The position numbers and the translations under genes were made by a program. A DNA stretch of 64,000 bases from Parachlamydiales bacterium (GTDB lineage: Bacteria > Chlamydiota > Chlamydiia > Chlamydiales > Rhabdochlamydiaceae), in assembly GCA_963705295.1 (NCBI GenBank), contig OY970065.1, positions 32,001 to 96,000 on the forward strand, given 5' to 3'. The notes under the pieces are model-generated. The model had not been told where the DNA came from, ran no database searches, and was given only the letters and a program-made list of their open reading frames with translations. Numbering within the stretch: position 1 is the stretch's first letter; each line of letters starts with the position of its first letter. This document shows, in pieces, positions 20,625 to 30,848 of the stretch.

Positions 20625-21578
20625 TTAGATGGGAGTTAAAGTTTTTGATTCATACCGAGTAGCAGCCTGATCGACAGCTTCTTGAAGAAAATCTTTGATC
20701 GACTCGACTTCTGACATGCGGAGGGTATGATGATGGTCAAAAAAGTGTCCGATCTCCTCCATATTGAGGAGAACCAGTTCTGGGTGATATCGGAGCGAGG
20801 GGTCCACCGTGCGGGGAACACTGAGATCGAGAATCAGGTGAGTTTGAGTTTCTTTGGGAACAGATGTGATGAGGTGTTTTTCTGATGTTGTTGCTGAAAT
20901 GACGACATCATAGGTGTGCCAATTTGGAAGCTCGGCATAATCCTTTAGCGAAACGGCATAATCGAGAGCAAACGGAGTTGCTTTATCGAGTTGGTGGGTC
21001 AAAAGGGTCATGTTTTTTTGACCTTTTCTCCAGAAGTAGTGGATGATTTTACGATTGATATCCGAATTTCCGATGAAAAGGAGTTTGTCGGAAGGGAATT
21101 TTTGGGCGAGTTTGAAAATCAGCCCTTCCAGATGAAACGTTGTATGAAAAAGAGGGAACGTCGAACGGAGTTTTTTGCCGAGCTTTAGAGATTTTTGAAA
21201 GAGAAAGTGGAGGGGTGAAGGGAGATGCTGGCGGACCCGCTCTTTTTCATAGGCGATTTTAACCTGGCGCTGGATATCACTTTCAGCCAGTATGGCACTA
21301 TCGAGACCGGCTGTAACACAGGCGAGGTGAAAAAAACATTCTTTTCCGAAGTAAGAGTAAAACGCATGTTCATGGGAATGGGGAATTTTCGATTTGATGT
21401 CCTGAAAAAGCTCCGATTGGATTTGGGCTAAATCGTCATGACTGAAATAAATCTCGGTACGGTGGCATGTGGTTAAAATGATCTTATTCGAAGTGTCCCA
21501 CTCGATTTGGGCTATTTTTTCTCGTAGATGCAAAGGTGCAGATCGGTAGTTAATTCCGAGAACTCCGATTTTTTTCAT
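20625..21578 (-). CDS. hemA: glutamyl-tRNA reductase
   Basis: GINYRSAPLHLREK, LTTCHRTEIY, GLDSAILAESDIQRQVK, DLSVPRTVD. Confidence 0.93.
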   Translation of the reverse strand: MKKIGVLGINYRSAPLHLREKIAQIEWDTSNKIILTTCHRTEIYFSHDDLAQIQSELFQDIKSKIPHSHEHAFYSYFGKECFFHLACVTAGLDSAILAESDIQRQVKIAYEKERVRQHLPSPLHFLFQKSLKLGKKLRSTFPLFHTTFHLEGLIFKLAQKFPSDKLLFIGNSDINRKIIHYFWRKGQKNMTLLTHQLDKATPFALDYAVSLKDYAELPNWHTYDVVISATTSEKHLITSVPKETQTHLILDLSVPRTVDPSLRYHPELVLLNMEEIGHFFDHHHTLRMSEVESIKDFLQEAVDQAATRYESKTLTPI

Positions 21579-21958
21579 CGAAAAACCTCTATGATGACTT
21601 CGAGATCGAAACCGCGCCGCTGTAGTGCTCCCATCTTCTTCATCCGGTCTTTCCGTTCAAAAGAGGGAGTTGTAAGAATTTTTTTAATCGACGCCTTTTG
21701 TTCATTCGGTGAAATGGAGCGAGGCGCAAGGCCTTGGGTAAGCAATTTTGCGGCAATTTTACGGGGGCCATACCCTCTTTTTTTATACTCTTCAAGCCGC
21801 CTTTCAGCAAGCTCGGAATCATTGAGATACGCTGCAAATTTTTTTAGTGCAGGCTCTATCTCTTCGGGTGTAAAACCTTTATTTAGTAATTTCTTTTTTA
21901 ATTCGTAAGTACTGTAGTTTTTAAGACTTAAGAGTCGCAAAATTGTTTTTTCTATCAT
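21575..21958 (-). CDS. recX: regulatory protein RecX
   Basis: LRLLSLKNYSTYELKKKL, YLND, GYGPRKIAAKL, LQRRGF. Confidence 0.85.
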   Translation of the reverse strand: MIEKTILRLLSLKNYSTYELKKKLLNKGFTPEEIEPALKKFAAYLNDSELAERRLEEYKKRGYGPRKIAAKLLTQGLAPRSISPNEQKASIKKILTTPSFERKDRMKKMGALQRRGFDLEVIIEVFR

Positions 21959-22000
21959 TGTTGAACTTTATATTCTATAATTGAGTTCGAGGCAAGAAAT

Positions 22001-22279
22001 ATGGCAAGTACACCCCCTGTCGGTCCAGGTAGTAGATCAGGTTCTGAAGGATCTCAAGAACAACTTCCTCCTATTCCGAAAGGATTCCGAGCTAGTCCAG
22101 CGTGGGTTGCATTTTTTATGAAAATGTTTCCAACTTGTAGTGCAGCCGATGCTCAAATGTATGCAGCTGCCTTCCAAAATAACATGATGCAAATGCTCTC
22201 GCACCAGATTCAGCAACAAACAGCCAAAGCGCATGAAGCTTCGCAATATATGAAAGATGTCATCGAAGGAAATGAGTAA
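22001..22279 (+). CDS. small hypothetical protein (Ser/Pro/Gly-rich N-terminus, helical C-terminus)
   Basis: 92-aa ORF coupled to rluD. Confidence 0.65.
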   Translation: MASTPPVGPGSRSGSEGSQEQLPPIPKGFRASPAWVAFFMKMFPTCSAADAQMYAAAFQNNMMQMLSHQIQQQTAKAHEASQYMKDVIEGNE

Positions 22280-23174
22280 CACAGAAAATTTCATTGTTAC
22301 TCCGGAGATGTTAGACGTCAGACTCGATCGGCTTCTTACAGGACATTATAGAGCGTGCTCGCGCACGTACTTTCAAAATTTGATTGAAGACGGATTTGTT
22401 CTCGTCAACGGCCATCCTGTCAAAAAGAAAGACAAACCAAAAACCGGCGATGAGATCGAGATCTGCTTCCAGCTGACTCCAGAACTCTCTTTAGAACCCG
22501 AGAATATCCCTCTCGATATCCTCTATGAAGATGAACACCTTTTGGTTATCAATAAACCAGCGGGCATGGTGGTCCATCCAGCTCCAGGCCATCCTTCCAA
22601 GACATTTGTCAATGCTCTTTTGTTCCATTGCAAAACACTTCCCTTCAGCACCGATCTCCGTCCAGGAATTGTCCACCGGTTGGACAAAGATACTTCGGGC
22701 ATTTTACTGGCAGCCAAGACCACCGAGGCACACCGAAAGCTCGTCGCCCTGTTTTGTGAGAGAAAGATCGAGAAAACATATCTGGCTCTTTGTGTGGGAA
22801 CTCCTTCCAACACCACGATCGATGCTCCTATCCGAAGACATCCGACGCGGCGGAAAGAAATGGCGATCGATCCCTTGGGTAAGCCGGCTATTTCGATCTG
22901 CAAGGTCGTATCCTCAAAAGGATCCCTTTCTCTCGTCGAAATTAAACTCATCACGGGAAGAACCCATCAAATCCGTGTCCATATGAAACACCTGGGAACC
23001 CCCGTCCTGGGAGATCCTGTTTATGGGTCGAAAAAATATCACGCTCCGCGCCAAATGCTCCATGCTCACCGTCTCCAATTTCTACATCCGATCACTCAAG
23101 CATCGATCGACTTGATCGCTCCCCTTCCTCCAGATTTCAATGAACGGGCTGTTAATCTAATTCTTGATAAATAA
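22272..23174 (+). CDS. rluD: RluA/RluD-family pseudouridine synthase
   Basis: S4-like RLDRLL, NKPAGMVVHP, RPGIVHRLDKDTSG, TGRTHQIRVH. Confidence 0.92.
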   Translation: MSNTENFIVTPEMLDVRLDRLLTGHYRACSRTYFQNLIEDGFVLVNGHPVKKKDKPKTGDEIEICFQLTPELSLEPENIPLDILYEDEHLLVINKPAGMVVHPAPGHPSKTFVNALLFHCKTLPFSTDLRPGIVHRLDKDTSGILLAAKTTEAHRKLVALFCERKIEKTYLALCVGTPSNTTIDAPIRRHPTRRKEMAIDPLGKPAISICKVVSSKGSLSLVEIKLITGRTHQIRVHMKHLGTPVLGDPVYGSKKYHAPRQMLHAHRLQFLHPITQASIDLIAPLPPDFNERAVNLILDK

Positions 23175-23224
23175 TAACTACCGGCGTATCCTTGCTTTAA
23201 GTCTTTTTTTAAATAGGATCGAAA

Positions 23225-23488
23225 ATGAAAGAATTTGTTGAATATATCGTCAAAAATCTGGTTGATAATCCTGACAAAGTACGGATCAATGAAGTCGGTG
23301 GTACGCACACATTGATCATCGAGCTTGCTGTCGACAAATCAGACATTGGCAAGATCATTGGTAAAAAAGGTAAAACCATCAATGCCATCCGCACGTTGCT
23401 CATGTCTGTTGCTAGCCGTAATGGGATTCGAGTTTCTCTAGAAATTATCGAAGAGCCGAAGACTGCGACTGCACCTACTCCTGCCTAA
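23225..23488 (+). CDS. khpA: KH-domain RNA-binding protein KhpA (UPF0109)
   Basis: MKEFVEYIVKNLVD, DIGKIIGKKGKTINAIRTLL. Confidence 0.92.
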   Translation: MKEFVEYIVKNLVDNPDKVRINEVGGTHTLIIELAVDKSDIGKIIGKKGKTINAIRTLLMSVASRNGIRVSLEIIEEPKTATAPTPA

Positions 23489-23518
23489 TTGCGTCGGCCT
23501 AATTGCGCCAGCCTAATT
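23483..23518. repeat. 14-bp-period tandem repeat between convergent stop codons
   Basis: GCCTAATTGCGTCG GCCTAATTGCGCCA GCCTAATT. Confidence 0.7.
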
Positions 23519-26101
23519 TATTTTAGGAAGGTAAGGGGAAATCATCGCCTTACGGGAGTTTAGAGTTCCCGCTTCATATTTGAGTACGGCGATGGGAATT
23601 TTTACTTTCAAGATTTTGCTGCGGATCGGTTTAAAGCTTTCTTCGAAGATCTGTTTCAGTTCTCGGGAGTTATCTCCTAGAAACTCAACTTCCATCACAT
23701 TGTTCATGACTTGAGGCGCTGTGCGAAAGGCGCTTAAAAACGCTTTTAAGTGTTCGATGCCTGATTCTGTTGAAGGGATCCAGATCCAGAGTTCATCTTG
23801 GTGTGGATAACTTCCCTTTTCACCGCGATACAGTTCTTCTGCTCCAGGAATTGTACTGATCATATGGAGATGGAGATCGACTTCGGGTCTTTCTGCATGG
23901 GCCACCGAGGCTTCTGAATACCATTGTTTTTGCAAATGAGATGAAAGCTTAACGAATGTTGAAAAGTTTTTATCGAATAATTTTGTTTGACCGACACGGC
24001 AACACCCATTCTGCTCTTTGGTGTCGGCAAAAATATGGGACGGTTTTCCTTCTGCGGCAAGCTGGAGATTCTCTTCGATATCTTTCTCTTTGGAGAGATA
24101 GATTTTTCTGTAAAGAGAGTACATATCATCATTTTGTAAAATCCGGGCTGCGGCGAGCGTTTTGAAATTCTCATCTCGAGGGATGTCGTCTAAATGGATG
24201 ATTTCCGTTTCTCGCGATTCGACCAAGGTTTTGAGCCGATTGAGAAGTTCGGCAATACATTCGACATCTTTCGTTGTGATTTTAGTTAGAAGGTCGGTGT
24301 CGTCTAAGATAGCGTAGAGATAATGGAAATATTCGACGATTTCCCGCTCTGGAGCGATGTAGTACGGTTCATTTTTTTGGGAGACGAGATATTTTTGAAG
24401 AAGCCGTTGTAGAATCCGTTTGCTGGAAGGCTTTTCTAGATTTTTTTGAACCTCTTTGAACTGCTTCTCAATTTCCTCCAATGTCATTCCACCGGTGCTG
24501 TATTGATCGGTGATTTTAAAACTCTGCTCGGCGACTAACGTATTGGAAGATTGGGAATCGCCTATCACGACAACAGGGGGCATCGAGGTGGATAATTGTC
24601 CTTTGTGGTGGTCGATCAAACTAATTACTTCCAAAAAGGGAGGAATTTTTGTCTCTTCTCGGTTTGAAAAATCCCGAAGGGTGACGGTTCCGAGTGCCGC
24701 TTTAAAAATGTCGGCGGCGTGAATAATGCCGACAGGAAATAACTTTCCTTCTTTACTGGTCGCTGTGACCGTTAACGATGCAAAACCATCGATCTTGGTC
24801 CGAATCTCACCCAAATCGGCCCGGTAGTTGACATGTTGGGGGGCGAGACCAAATACTTTTGATTTGACTTGAAGAGCGACTTCGAGTCTGTCGACATACG
24901 AACGGATGCTAAAAATCCCTTTTTCCAACGCTTCGATGATTTTTGCCAAATGGCCGAAAAGCCTCGGTCTGTCTTCAATCAGATGTCCTTTCGAGTCAAA
25001 AAAGGCGGTACTATCGATCAAACCAACAAATTCTTGAAATTGAGGTATCTCAAGATGAGCCATCGCCTTCGCAAATTCAGCAAATGTACATTTTAACCCT
25101 TGAGTCACACCCAAAACCTTGGCCAGATAATCTTCTGAGAGTTCCCTTTCTTTTGACGAGAAATCTTTAGCAGGTTCACTCTCTTCGATGGTCATTCCCA
25201 AGATATCATCAAAGAAACTCTTGAGTTCTTTTTGAGTCAATTTCTCTTTCGCAAAAATTGAAATCAATTTCACATGGAGACTATTTTCATACCACCGGAG
25301 ACATTGATTGAGAAGATTGATGACCGATTCGACTCGATCAACATCGGAACTTCTCCATTCTCCGATATAATACCCTTCCTCATCGACCAGCACGACAGCT
25401 CTGGGACCTTTTTCCGGATCAATGTCATAGACCGATTCCTGGAGAAGTTTTTTCTTCATCCCTTCTTGGGTGACGATGTCAAGACTCGACACAGAAAGGG
25501 CAGTCCGGTGTTTGGCAAGATAGGTGAAAATCCCCGATCCGAAAATATGATCGAAAAGAAACGACACTTCGACCTGTGTCGGGGGCTCTCCGCCTGGCAG
25601 ATTCCAAATATGAAGACCTTCGGAGACCCGCGCAGCGAAAGCATCGACCCATCCCCAAAATGAAGCGACGGTTGTATCTAAATCGGGAGAACCGTGAGCC
25701 GTCACATAGTGACTCCCCTGATAAACCTTTCCCATTCCGACAGGAAAGAAAACCTGATACGCATCGCGAGGGACAAATCGGCCAGAAATTTTTCCCCGCA
25801 CGCGACTATTTTCCTCGCGCGACAGTCCAGAAAATTGATTGAGCCACAGCTCAAAATTATTGAAATGAAAATGTTCGAGAATATTTTCTTGATGGATCCG
25901 CTCGATGAAATCGAGCACGTAAATCAAAGGAAAAGAGTTATCCGGCACATCGCAGAGAAGCTCCAAAAGAACACGACCCACCCCGTCAAATTTTTCTTGA
26001 TCGGGCAAAGCCAGAAAAGAGCTCTTTTTCAGCTCCTTCAAGGCAGCCTCGATTTTCCGAAAACTATCCTTTTTTAAAACAAAGTCGCCTAAATATTTCA
26101 T
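23513..26101 (-). CDS. large DHH-superfamily phosphoesterase (family II pyrophosphatase-like)
   Basis: HGSPDLDT, LIDHHK, AILDDTDLL; CBS-like VVLVDEEGYYIG. Confidence 0.65.
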   Translation of the reverse strand: MKYLGDFVLKKDSFRKIEAALKELKKSSFLALPDQEKFDGVGRVLLELLCDVPDNSFPLIYVLDFIERIHQENILEHFHFNNFELWLNQFSGLSREENSRVRGKISGRFVPRDAYQVFFPVGMGKVYQGSHYVTAHGSPDLDTTVASFWGWVDAFAARVSEGLHIWNLPGGEPPTQVEVSFLFDHIFGSGIFTYLAKHRTALSVSSLDIVTQEGMKKKLLQESVYDIDPEKGPRAVVLVDEEGYYIGEWRSSDVDRVESVINLLNQCLRWYENSLHVKLISIFAKEKLTQKELKSFFDDILGMTIEESEPAKDFSSKERELSEDYLAKVLGVTQGLKCTFAEFAKAMAHLEIPQFQEFVGLIDSTAFFDSKGHLIEDRPRLFGHLAKIIEALEKGIFSIRSYVDRLEVALQVKSKVFGLAPQHVNYRADLGEIRTKIDGFASLTVTATSKEGKLFPVGIIHAADIFKAALGTVTLRDFSNREETKIPPFLEVISLIDHHKGQLSTSMPPVVVIGDSQSSNTLVAEQSFKITDQYSTGGMTLEEIEKQFKEVQKNLEKPSSKRILQRLLQKYLVSQKNEPYYIAPEREIVEYFHYLYAILDDTDLLTKITTKDVECIAELLNRLKTLVESRETEIIHLDDIPRDENFKTLAAARILQNDDMYSLYRKIYLSKEKDIEENLQLAAEGKPSHIFADTKEQNGCCRVGQTKLFDKNFSTFVKLSSHLQKQWYSEASVAHAERPEVDLHLHMISTIPGAEELYRGEKGSYPHQDELWIWIPSTESGIEHLKAFLSAFRTAPQVMNNVMEVEFLGDNSRELKQIFEESFKPIRSKILKVKIPIAVLKYEAGTLNSRKAMISPYLPKIN

Positions 26102-26111
26102 CTACACCAAT

Positions 26112-26184
26112 CGGATTGAGCAGGATTCGAACCTGCGACCACCCGCTTAGAAGGCGGGTGCTCTATCCACTGAGCTATCAATCC
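26112..26184 (-). tRNA. tRNA-Arg(TCT)
   Basis: GGATTGA/TCAATCC acceptor stem, TAGCTCAGTGGATAGAGC D-arm, CCCGC-CT-TCT-AA-GCGGG anticodon arm, GGTTCGAATCC; CCA not encoded. Confidence 0.95.
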
Positions 26185-26281
26185 ACTCAATAGCAAAATT
26201 CTATCTCTCTTGGGAAGAAAGATCAATTCAAAAAAAGAAAAATCATTGGGTTTCCACTAAAGATTTGCTAAGCTCGGTTCT

Positions 26282-26914
26282 ATGAGGACAACTATTTTTA
26301 TTCAAGGAGTGACTGGACGGATGGGGAAAGCGGTATGCGCCGCTCTTGAAAAAGACCCCTCATTTTCTCTTAATACCCTTGAAACAGCCGATGTTGTGAT
26401 CGATTTTTCTGCTCCTACGGCTCTTCACGATTTACTGGCTCGCTGCTCCCAAAACCAAAAACCCCTGGTCATTGGGACGACCGGCCATCCCGGAGACGCC
26501 CATGAAATCATTGCCCATGCCGCTCAAAAAATTCCCATTCTTTTTTCCCCCAATTTGAGTCTGGGCATGGCCGTCTGCATAGAGGCTGCGCGCCTCATTA
26601 AAAACCTTCTGGGTCCTTGCAACATCGAAATCATCGAAGCCCACCACGTTCATAAAAAAGATCAGCCCAGCGGAACCGCCCTCGCTCTAAAAAAAGTTCT
26701 GGGGCCGATCCGTATCCACTCCATCCGTGCAGGCGACATTCCAGGGGATCATACGGTCTTATTTGCTCTCGATGGGGAAAGGATTGAACTCAAACATCAA
26801 GTTCACTCGCGCGAAGCTTTCGCAAGAGGAGCTTTAGTGGCTGCCAAGTTTTTAAAAAACAAACCTCCCGGTTTATATTCCCTGAAGGATATCTATGAAA
26901 CTCGTCAAAGTTAA
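26282..26914 (+). CDS. dapB: 4-hydroxy-tetrahydrodipicolinate reductase
   Basis: GVTGRMG, VIDFS, VIGTTG, EAHHVHKKDQPSGTA, SREAFARGAL. Confidence 0.95.
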   Translation: MRTTIFIQGVTGRMGKAVCAALEKDPSFSLNTLETADVVIDFSAPTALHDLLARCSQNQKPLVIGTTGHPGDAHEIIAHAAQKIPILFSPNLSLGMAVCIEAARLIKNLLGPCNIEIIEAHHVHKKDQPSGTALALKKVLGPIRIHSIRAGDIPGDHTVLFALDGERIELKHQVHSREAFARGALVAAKFLKNKPPGLYSLKDIYETRQS

Positions 26915-27713
26915 AAATTTTTCTATTGGAAAAGGACAACCGCTCGCCGTGATTTGTGGCCCGTGTGTGATTGAAGGAGAAGACCATGCTCTCCGTGCCG
27001 CTGAATTTTTAAAAAATCTATATGATTCTCTGGGGCTCAATTTCATTTACAAGTCGAGTTACGACAAAGCGAATCGGTCGTCGTACCACTCATTTCGCGG
27101 TCCAGGCCTGGAAAAAGGGTTGAAAATCTTAGAAAAAATCCGAAAACAGTTCGATGTGCCCATTCTTACAGATATCCATACGACGGAAGAAGCCACAGCG
27201 GCGGGAGAAGTTTGCGATGTGATTCAAATCCCGGCATTCCTCTGCCGTCAAACCGATCTCGTGACAGCTGCAGGGAATACAGGCGCTGTGATCAAAGTCA
27301 AAAAAGGGCAGTTCATGGCCCCGTGGGATATGCAAAATGTCGTCGATAAAATTGTCGCCACAGGGAATGAAAATATCATTCTGACCGATCGAGGAACGAG
27401 CTTTGGGTACAACAACCTCGTCAGTGATATGCGGGCCATTCCTATTTTGCAAAAGATGGGCTTTCCTGTCTGTTTTGATGCATCCCATTCTGTGCAACTT
27501 CCCGGAGGACTTGGAACTTCGTCGGGTGGACAAAGGGAATTTATACCAACCCTTGCCAAAGCAGCGATCGCAGCTGGCTGCGACTGTCTCTATATCGAAT
27601 CGCATCCGAATCCTATGGAAGCCAAGAGTGACAAAGAATCGGTCTATCCGTTCGATGGTCTGCGCGATCTCATGGAACAACTCAAACAAATTTATCAGAT
27701 AGTGCATGTTTAA
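26895..27713 (+). CDS. kdsA: KDO-8-phosphate synthase
   Basis: GPCVIE, KSSYDKANRSS, QIPAFLCRQTDL, KKGQF, RGTSFGYNNLV, FDASHSVQ. Confidence 0.97.
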   Translation: MKLVKVKNFSIGKGQPLAVICGPCVIEGEDHALRAAEFLKNLYDSLGLNFIYKSSYDKANRSSYHSFRGPGLEKGLKILEKIRKQFDVPILTDIHTTEEATAAGEVCDVIQIPAFLCRQTDLVTAAGNTGAVIKVKKGQFMAPWDMQNVVDKIVATGNENIILTDRGTSFGYNNLVSDMRAIPILQKMGFPVCFDASHSVQLPGGLGTSSGGQREFIPTLAKAAIAAGCDCLYIESHPNPMEAKSDKESVYPFDGLRDLMEQLKQIYQIVHV

Positions 27714-28308
27714 AAAGGCGAAATTTTTCACAGCGCTCATTCTGGGACTCTGCTCACTCGGATGGATCTATCACTTGATGCATCTCTCGATGGACGATAT
27801 CAAAAAATCTAAAGCCATTAAAATAACGGCCAAAGCAGCAAAAGGAATCACTCCCGAAAAAACGCATCAACAACGGACCAAAGTCCGGAAAGATCTTTGG
27901 CTCTCTCAATCGGATCGGACGCGGCTCCATTATCGGATCGATTGCAAATCGTCGCTTTTGACCTTGGTGCCGATCGATGACAAACTCGATATCATCGAAA
28001 ATCTTCAAGAGTTGCAATGTTGGATGCAAGATAAGATCTATAACGATACGACTCCGATGCAACAAGTCCGTTATTTCCAAGCGGATGCAGGAACCTATCA
28101 GTATTCACTCCAAAAATTCGGTGCAAATACGGTGGTGCTCTCCCTCTTCCGATTGCCTGGCACGGATCTTCCAACAGGCCCTTTTCCAAATACAGCATTT
28201 CTTAAAGGAATTGCTAAGGACGTCTCTTTTTCTCTTGCAGGAAAAGCCACACAGTTCCAAGCTCAGCAATTTAAGGCTAGTCTATTAACCCAAGAGGTCA
28301 GCCCATGA
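27706..28308 (+). CDS. LptC-like membrane-anchored protein
   Basis: N-terminal anchor, beta-rich; position between kdsA and lptB. Confidence 0.55.
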   Translation: MFKKAKFFTALILGLCSLGWIYHLMHLSMDDIKKSKAIKITAKAAKGITPEKTHQQRTKVRKDLWLSQSDRTRLHYRIDCKSSLLTLVPIDDKLDIIENLQELQCWMQDKIYNDTTPMQQVRYFQADAGTYQYSLQKFGANTVVLSLFRLPGTDLPTGPFPNTAFLKGIAKDVSFSLAGKATQFQAQQFKASLLTQEVSP

Positions 28309-29663
28309 TTTTACAACTCGGTTTCTTAATCCTCTGCACCGTTGTTGATACGGGATCCATCTCATCGTCAAATGCCTCGTATGACGGCACTGCTTTGGTT
28401 CTGAAGGGACAAGTCGTGCTCGATCATGGCCTCGGTAAAATGCAAGCCGAAGAAGCGATCTTACAAAAACAAGAAGCGAATAAAGATTTTCCATTCTCAG
28501 TGATCCATTTAAATCGAGACGTTCTCGTCAAACTCACCCAGCACGGCCAGCTCCAATGCGACAAAGCAGAGCTCGACTTTTCTAATCTTCAAGGAACTCT
28601 TTCCTCTGCTAACAGGGCCAGTTACACCGATACCTTGAAAAAGAAAAAAGGGAAACAATCTCCCCTTCAAATTCTCGCATCGACCTTCCATCTCAAACTC
28701 ATTAAAAAAGGTGAGACACCGAAACCTGTCTACGATATTCAAAATATTGTCGCCGAGGAGAATGTCGCCCTGACATATGATACCGATTATACCCTCTTTA
28801 CCGATTCGATCCTGTATCAGATCGAGGGAGCACAAAGTCACATCGTATCTCAAGGGAAAGACCGGTGTAAACTGATCCACCTCGCCGATACGATCGAAGC
28901 GAGCCGGTTTGATCTCGATATTGTGCACAACAAACTGACCCTATCAGAGCCGCAAGGCGTTCTACCCTCTTTTTCAAAAGGCGAAGTCCGTTTTAGCTCC
29001 GAGACTCTTCTGTGGGATCATGATAAAAATATCTTGGTTTTAAAAGGAAACCCTCATGTCTCTGAACCTGCTCTTGGCACTCTTGAATCCGATCAAGAAA
29101 TCCATTTTTTCCAAAAAGAAAAACAACTCATCGGCTTTAAAAGTTATGGAAAAACGGCACTCACGTATTTGAACGAACACAAACTCATTTCCAATGGAAC
29201 TCTCACGTTCGATCGTGAAAAACACATTGGGACCGTTGAAAGTAGTCCAGATCAACAACTGTATTACCAAGAAGGAGAAATGGGAATCTTAGCCGATAAA
29301 GCCCATATCGAATATACCGAAGAGGAAAACCGGTTCAATCCGATTTCGATCGCCTTGAAAGGTCGGATCAAAATCTCTTCTTTGGCCTCCGATCATCCTG
29401 CACGTTTCGGTTTAGCCGATCGCCTCACCTATATTCCAACAACCCGCACGTTTATTCTTGGAGCGGATACTGGGAAAAAAGTTCTCTTTGTCAATGCAGA
29501 AGATAATCTGCAGCTCAGCGCTCAAGAAGTCCATATCACCCAAGATCCGCTGACAAAAAAACAAACCGTCAAAGGGATTGGAAATGTTCAACTCGCCCTT
29601 TCTGCAGAAGAAGAAACACTCCTAAAAAAAATCTTCGGTTCTCATGCAACAGCCACTCCTTAA
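28305..29663 (+). CDS. LptA/OstA-like beta-jellyroll protein
   Basis: Signal peptide; repeated motifs such as ASYDGTALVLKGQVVL, LVLKGNPHV, ADRLTY; directly upstream of lptB. Confidence 0.6.
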   Translation: MILQLGFLILCTVVDTGSISSSNASYDGTALVLKGQVVLDHGLGKMQAEEAILQKQEANKDFPFSVIHLNRDVLVKLTQHGQLQCDKAELDFSNLQGTLSSANRASYTDTLKKKKGKQSPLQILASTFHLKLIKKGETPKPVYDIQNIVAEENVALTYDTDYTLFTDSILYQIEGAQSHIVSQGKDRCKLIHLADTIEASRFDLDIVHNKLTLSEPQGVLPSFSKGEVRFSSETLLWDHDKNILVLKGNPHVSEPALGTLESDQEIHFFQKEKQLIGFKSYGKTALTYLNEHKLISNGTLTFDREKHIGTVESSPDQQLYYQEGEMGILADKAHIEYTEEENRFNPISIALKGRIKISSLASDHPARFGLADRLTYIPTTRTFILGADTGKKVLFVNAEDNLQLSAQEVHITQDPLTKKQTVKGIGNVQLALSAEEETLLKKIFGSHATATP

Positions 29664-30372
29664 AGTCGAGAATCTTAAGAAATCTTACGGCGGAAAAACA
29701 GTCGTTGATGGACTCTCGTTTGAGGTAAAAGCGGGCGAAGTTGTCGGTCTTTTAGGTCCCAATGGAGCAGGAAAAACGACCGCATTCTATATGACCATCG
29801 GACTGATTCACCCCGACGACGGAACGGTGTTTTTCAAGGGACACGATGCGACATCTCTTCCTATACACGAACGGGCTGAGCTCGGAATGGGATATCTTGC
29901 ACAGGAGCCGTCGGTCTTTCGATCTTTGACCGTTGAAGAAAACATTCTCTGTATTCTTGAAACTCTTCCTCTATCTTCCTCGGAAAGGACAAAGCGGCTA
30001 GAGCACCATCTCCATGAACTCCATCTCGATAAACTAGCCAAAAAAAAAGCTTCAAATCTCTCCGGTGGAGAAAGAAGACGTTTAGAAATTACCCGCGCTC
30101 TCGTCACAGAACCTTCCCTGCTCCTTCTCGATGAACCGTTCGCAAACATCGATCCCCTCGCCGTTGCCGATGTCAAAAAAATGATCCGGCTTCTCAAAAG
30201 CAAAGGTATCAGCATTCTCATCACCGATCATAACGCCCGGGAAATTTTTTCCATCGTTGACAGGTCTTATCTGATCCGCGAAGGGAAAATCTTAATCTCA
30301 GGGACCGTTCAGCAGCTCCTTCAAAACCGAGAAGCTCGCCTCTCTTACTTTGGGGAAGATTTTAAGTTGTAA
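29644..30372 (+). CDS. lptB: LPS export ABC ATPase LptB
   Basis: GLLGPNGAGKTT, GYLAQEPSVFR, LSGGERRRLEI, LLDEPFA, ILITDHN. Confidence 0.95.
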   Translation: MQQPLLKVENLKKSYGGKTVVDGLSFEVKAGEVVGLLGPNGAGKTTAFYMTIGLIHPDDGTVFFKGHDATSLPIHERAELGMGYLAQEPSVFRSLTVEENILCILETLPLSSSERTKRLEHHLHELHLDKLAKKKASNLSGGERRRLEITRALVTEPSLLLLDEPFANIDPLAVADVKKMIRLLKSKGISILITDHNAREIFSIVDRSYLIREGKILISGTVQQLLQNREARLSYFGEDFKL

Positions 30373-30404
30373 TAAATTTTCTTCATGTTAAAATCGTTGA
30401 GCAT

Positions 30405-30848
30405 ATGACCTTCTTCATCCAACCAGCCTTAGATCTCATAACTCCCGCCTATAAAATTTTCACGGGAGATCGGTATGATCGTCCAATCCAAGCCCAAAAA
30501 TTCATTCATACAACCCTGCGCATCACAACGGCGGCTGCTTTTTTCTTTACGACACAAGTCATCCTGAATTATCTCCGCTTAAATTCTACAATCTGGAGCA
30601 AGTTTGCTCCGAATGTCTTTCAATTTACCTTAGGTCGATTCGTTCCTTATTCGGCCGAACTCTACAGTGGTTACGCAAACCTTGCACTCGCTTGTCGGGC
30701 TAAAAAACCCGGCTTTATTGTATGGTTCCTCGCCAACGGAGCTCTGTCTCTCTATTGGGCGGAGCGGAATAAATATAACTATCAAGGCCGGCTTGAAAGT
30801 CAGTATTACCACTTATCTAGGCGAGTTGCAGCTTGGCTCTTTTCTTAA
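30405..30848 (+). CDS. hypothetical membrane protein
   Basis: 147 aa with hydrophobic segments; similar to the next ORF. Confidence 0.6.
   Translation: MTFFIQPALDLITPAYKIFTGDRYDRPIQAQKFIHTTLRITTAAAFFFTTQVILNYLRLNSTIWSKFAPNVFQFTLGRFVPYSAELYSGYANLALACRAKKPGFIVWFLANGALSLYWAERNKYNYQGRLESQYYHLSRRVAAWLFS

Noticed and set aside
23483..23518. Possible CRISPR array
   Set aside because: Repeats are adjacent 14-mers without spacers; no cas genes and no array elsewhere in the window.
26112..26184. tRNA-Arg or tRNA-Gly as island integration site
   Set aside because: No duplicated tRNA 3' end or integrase seen; flanks are housekeeping genes.
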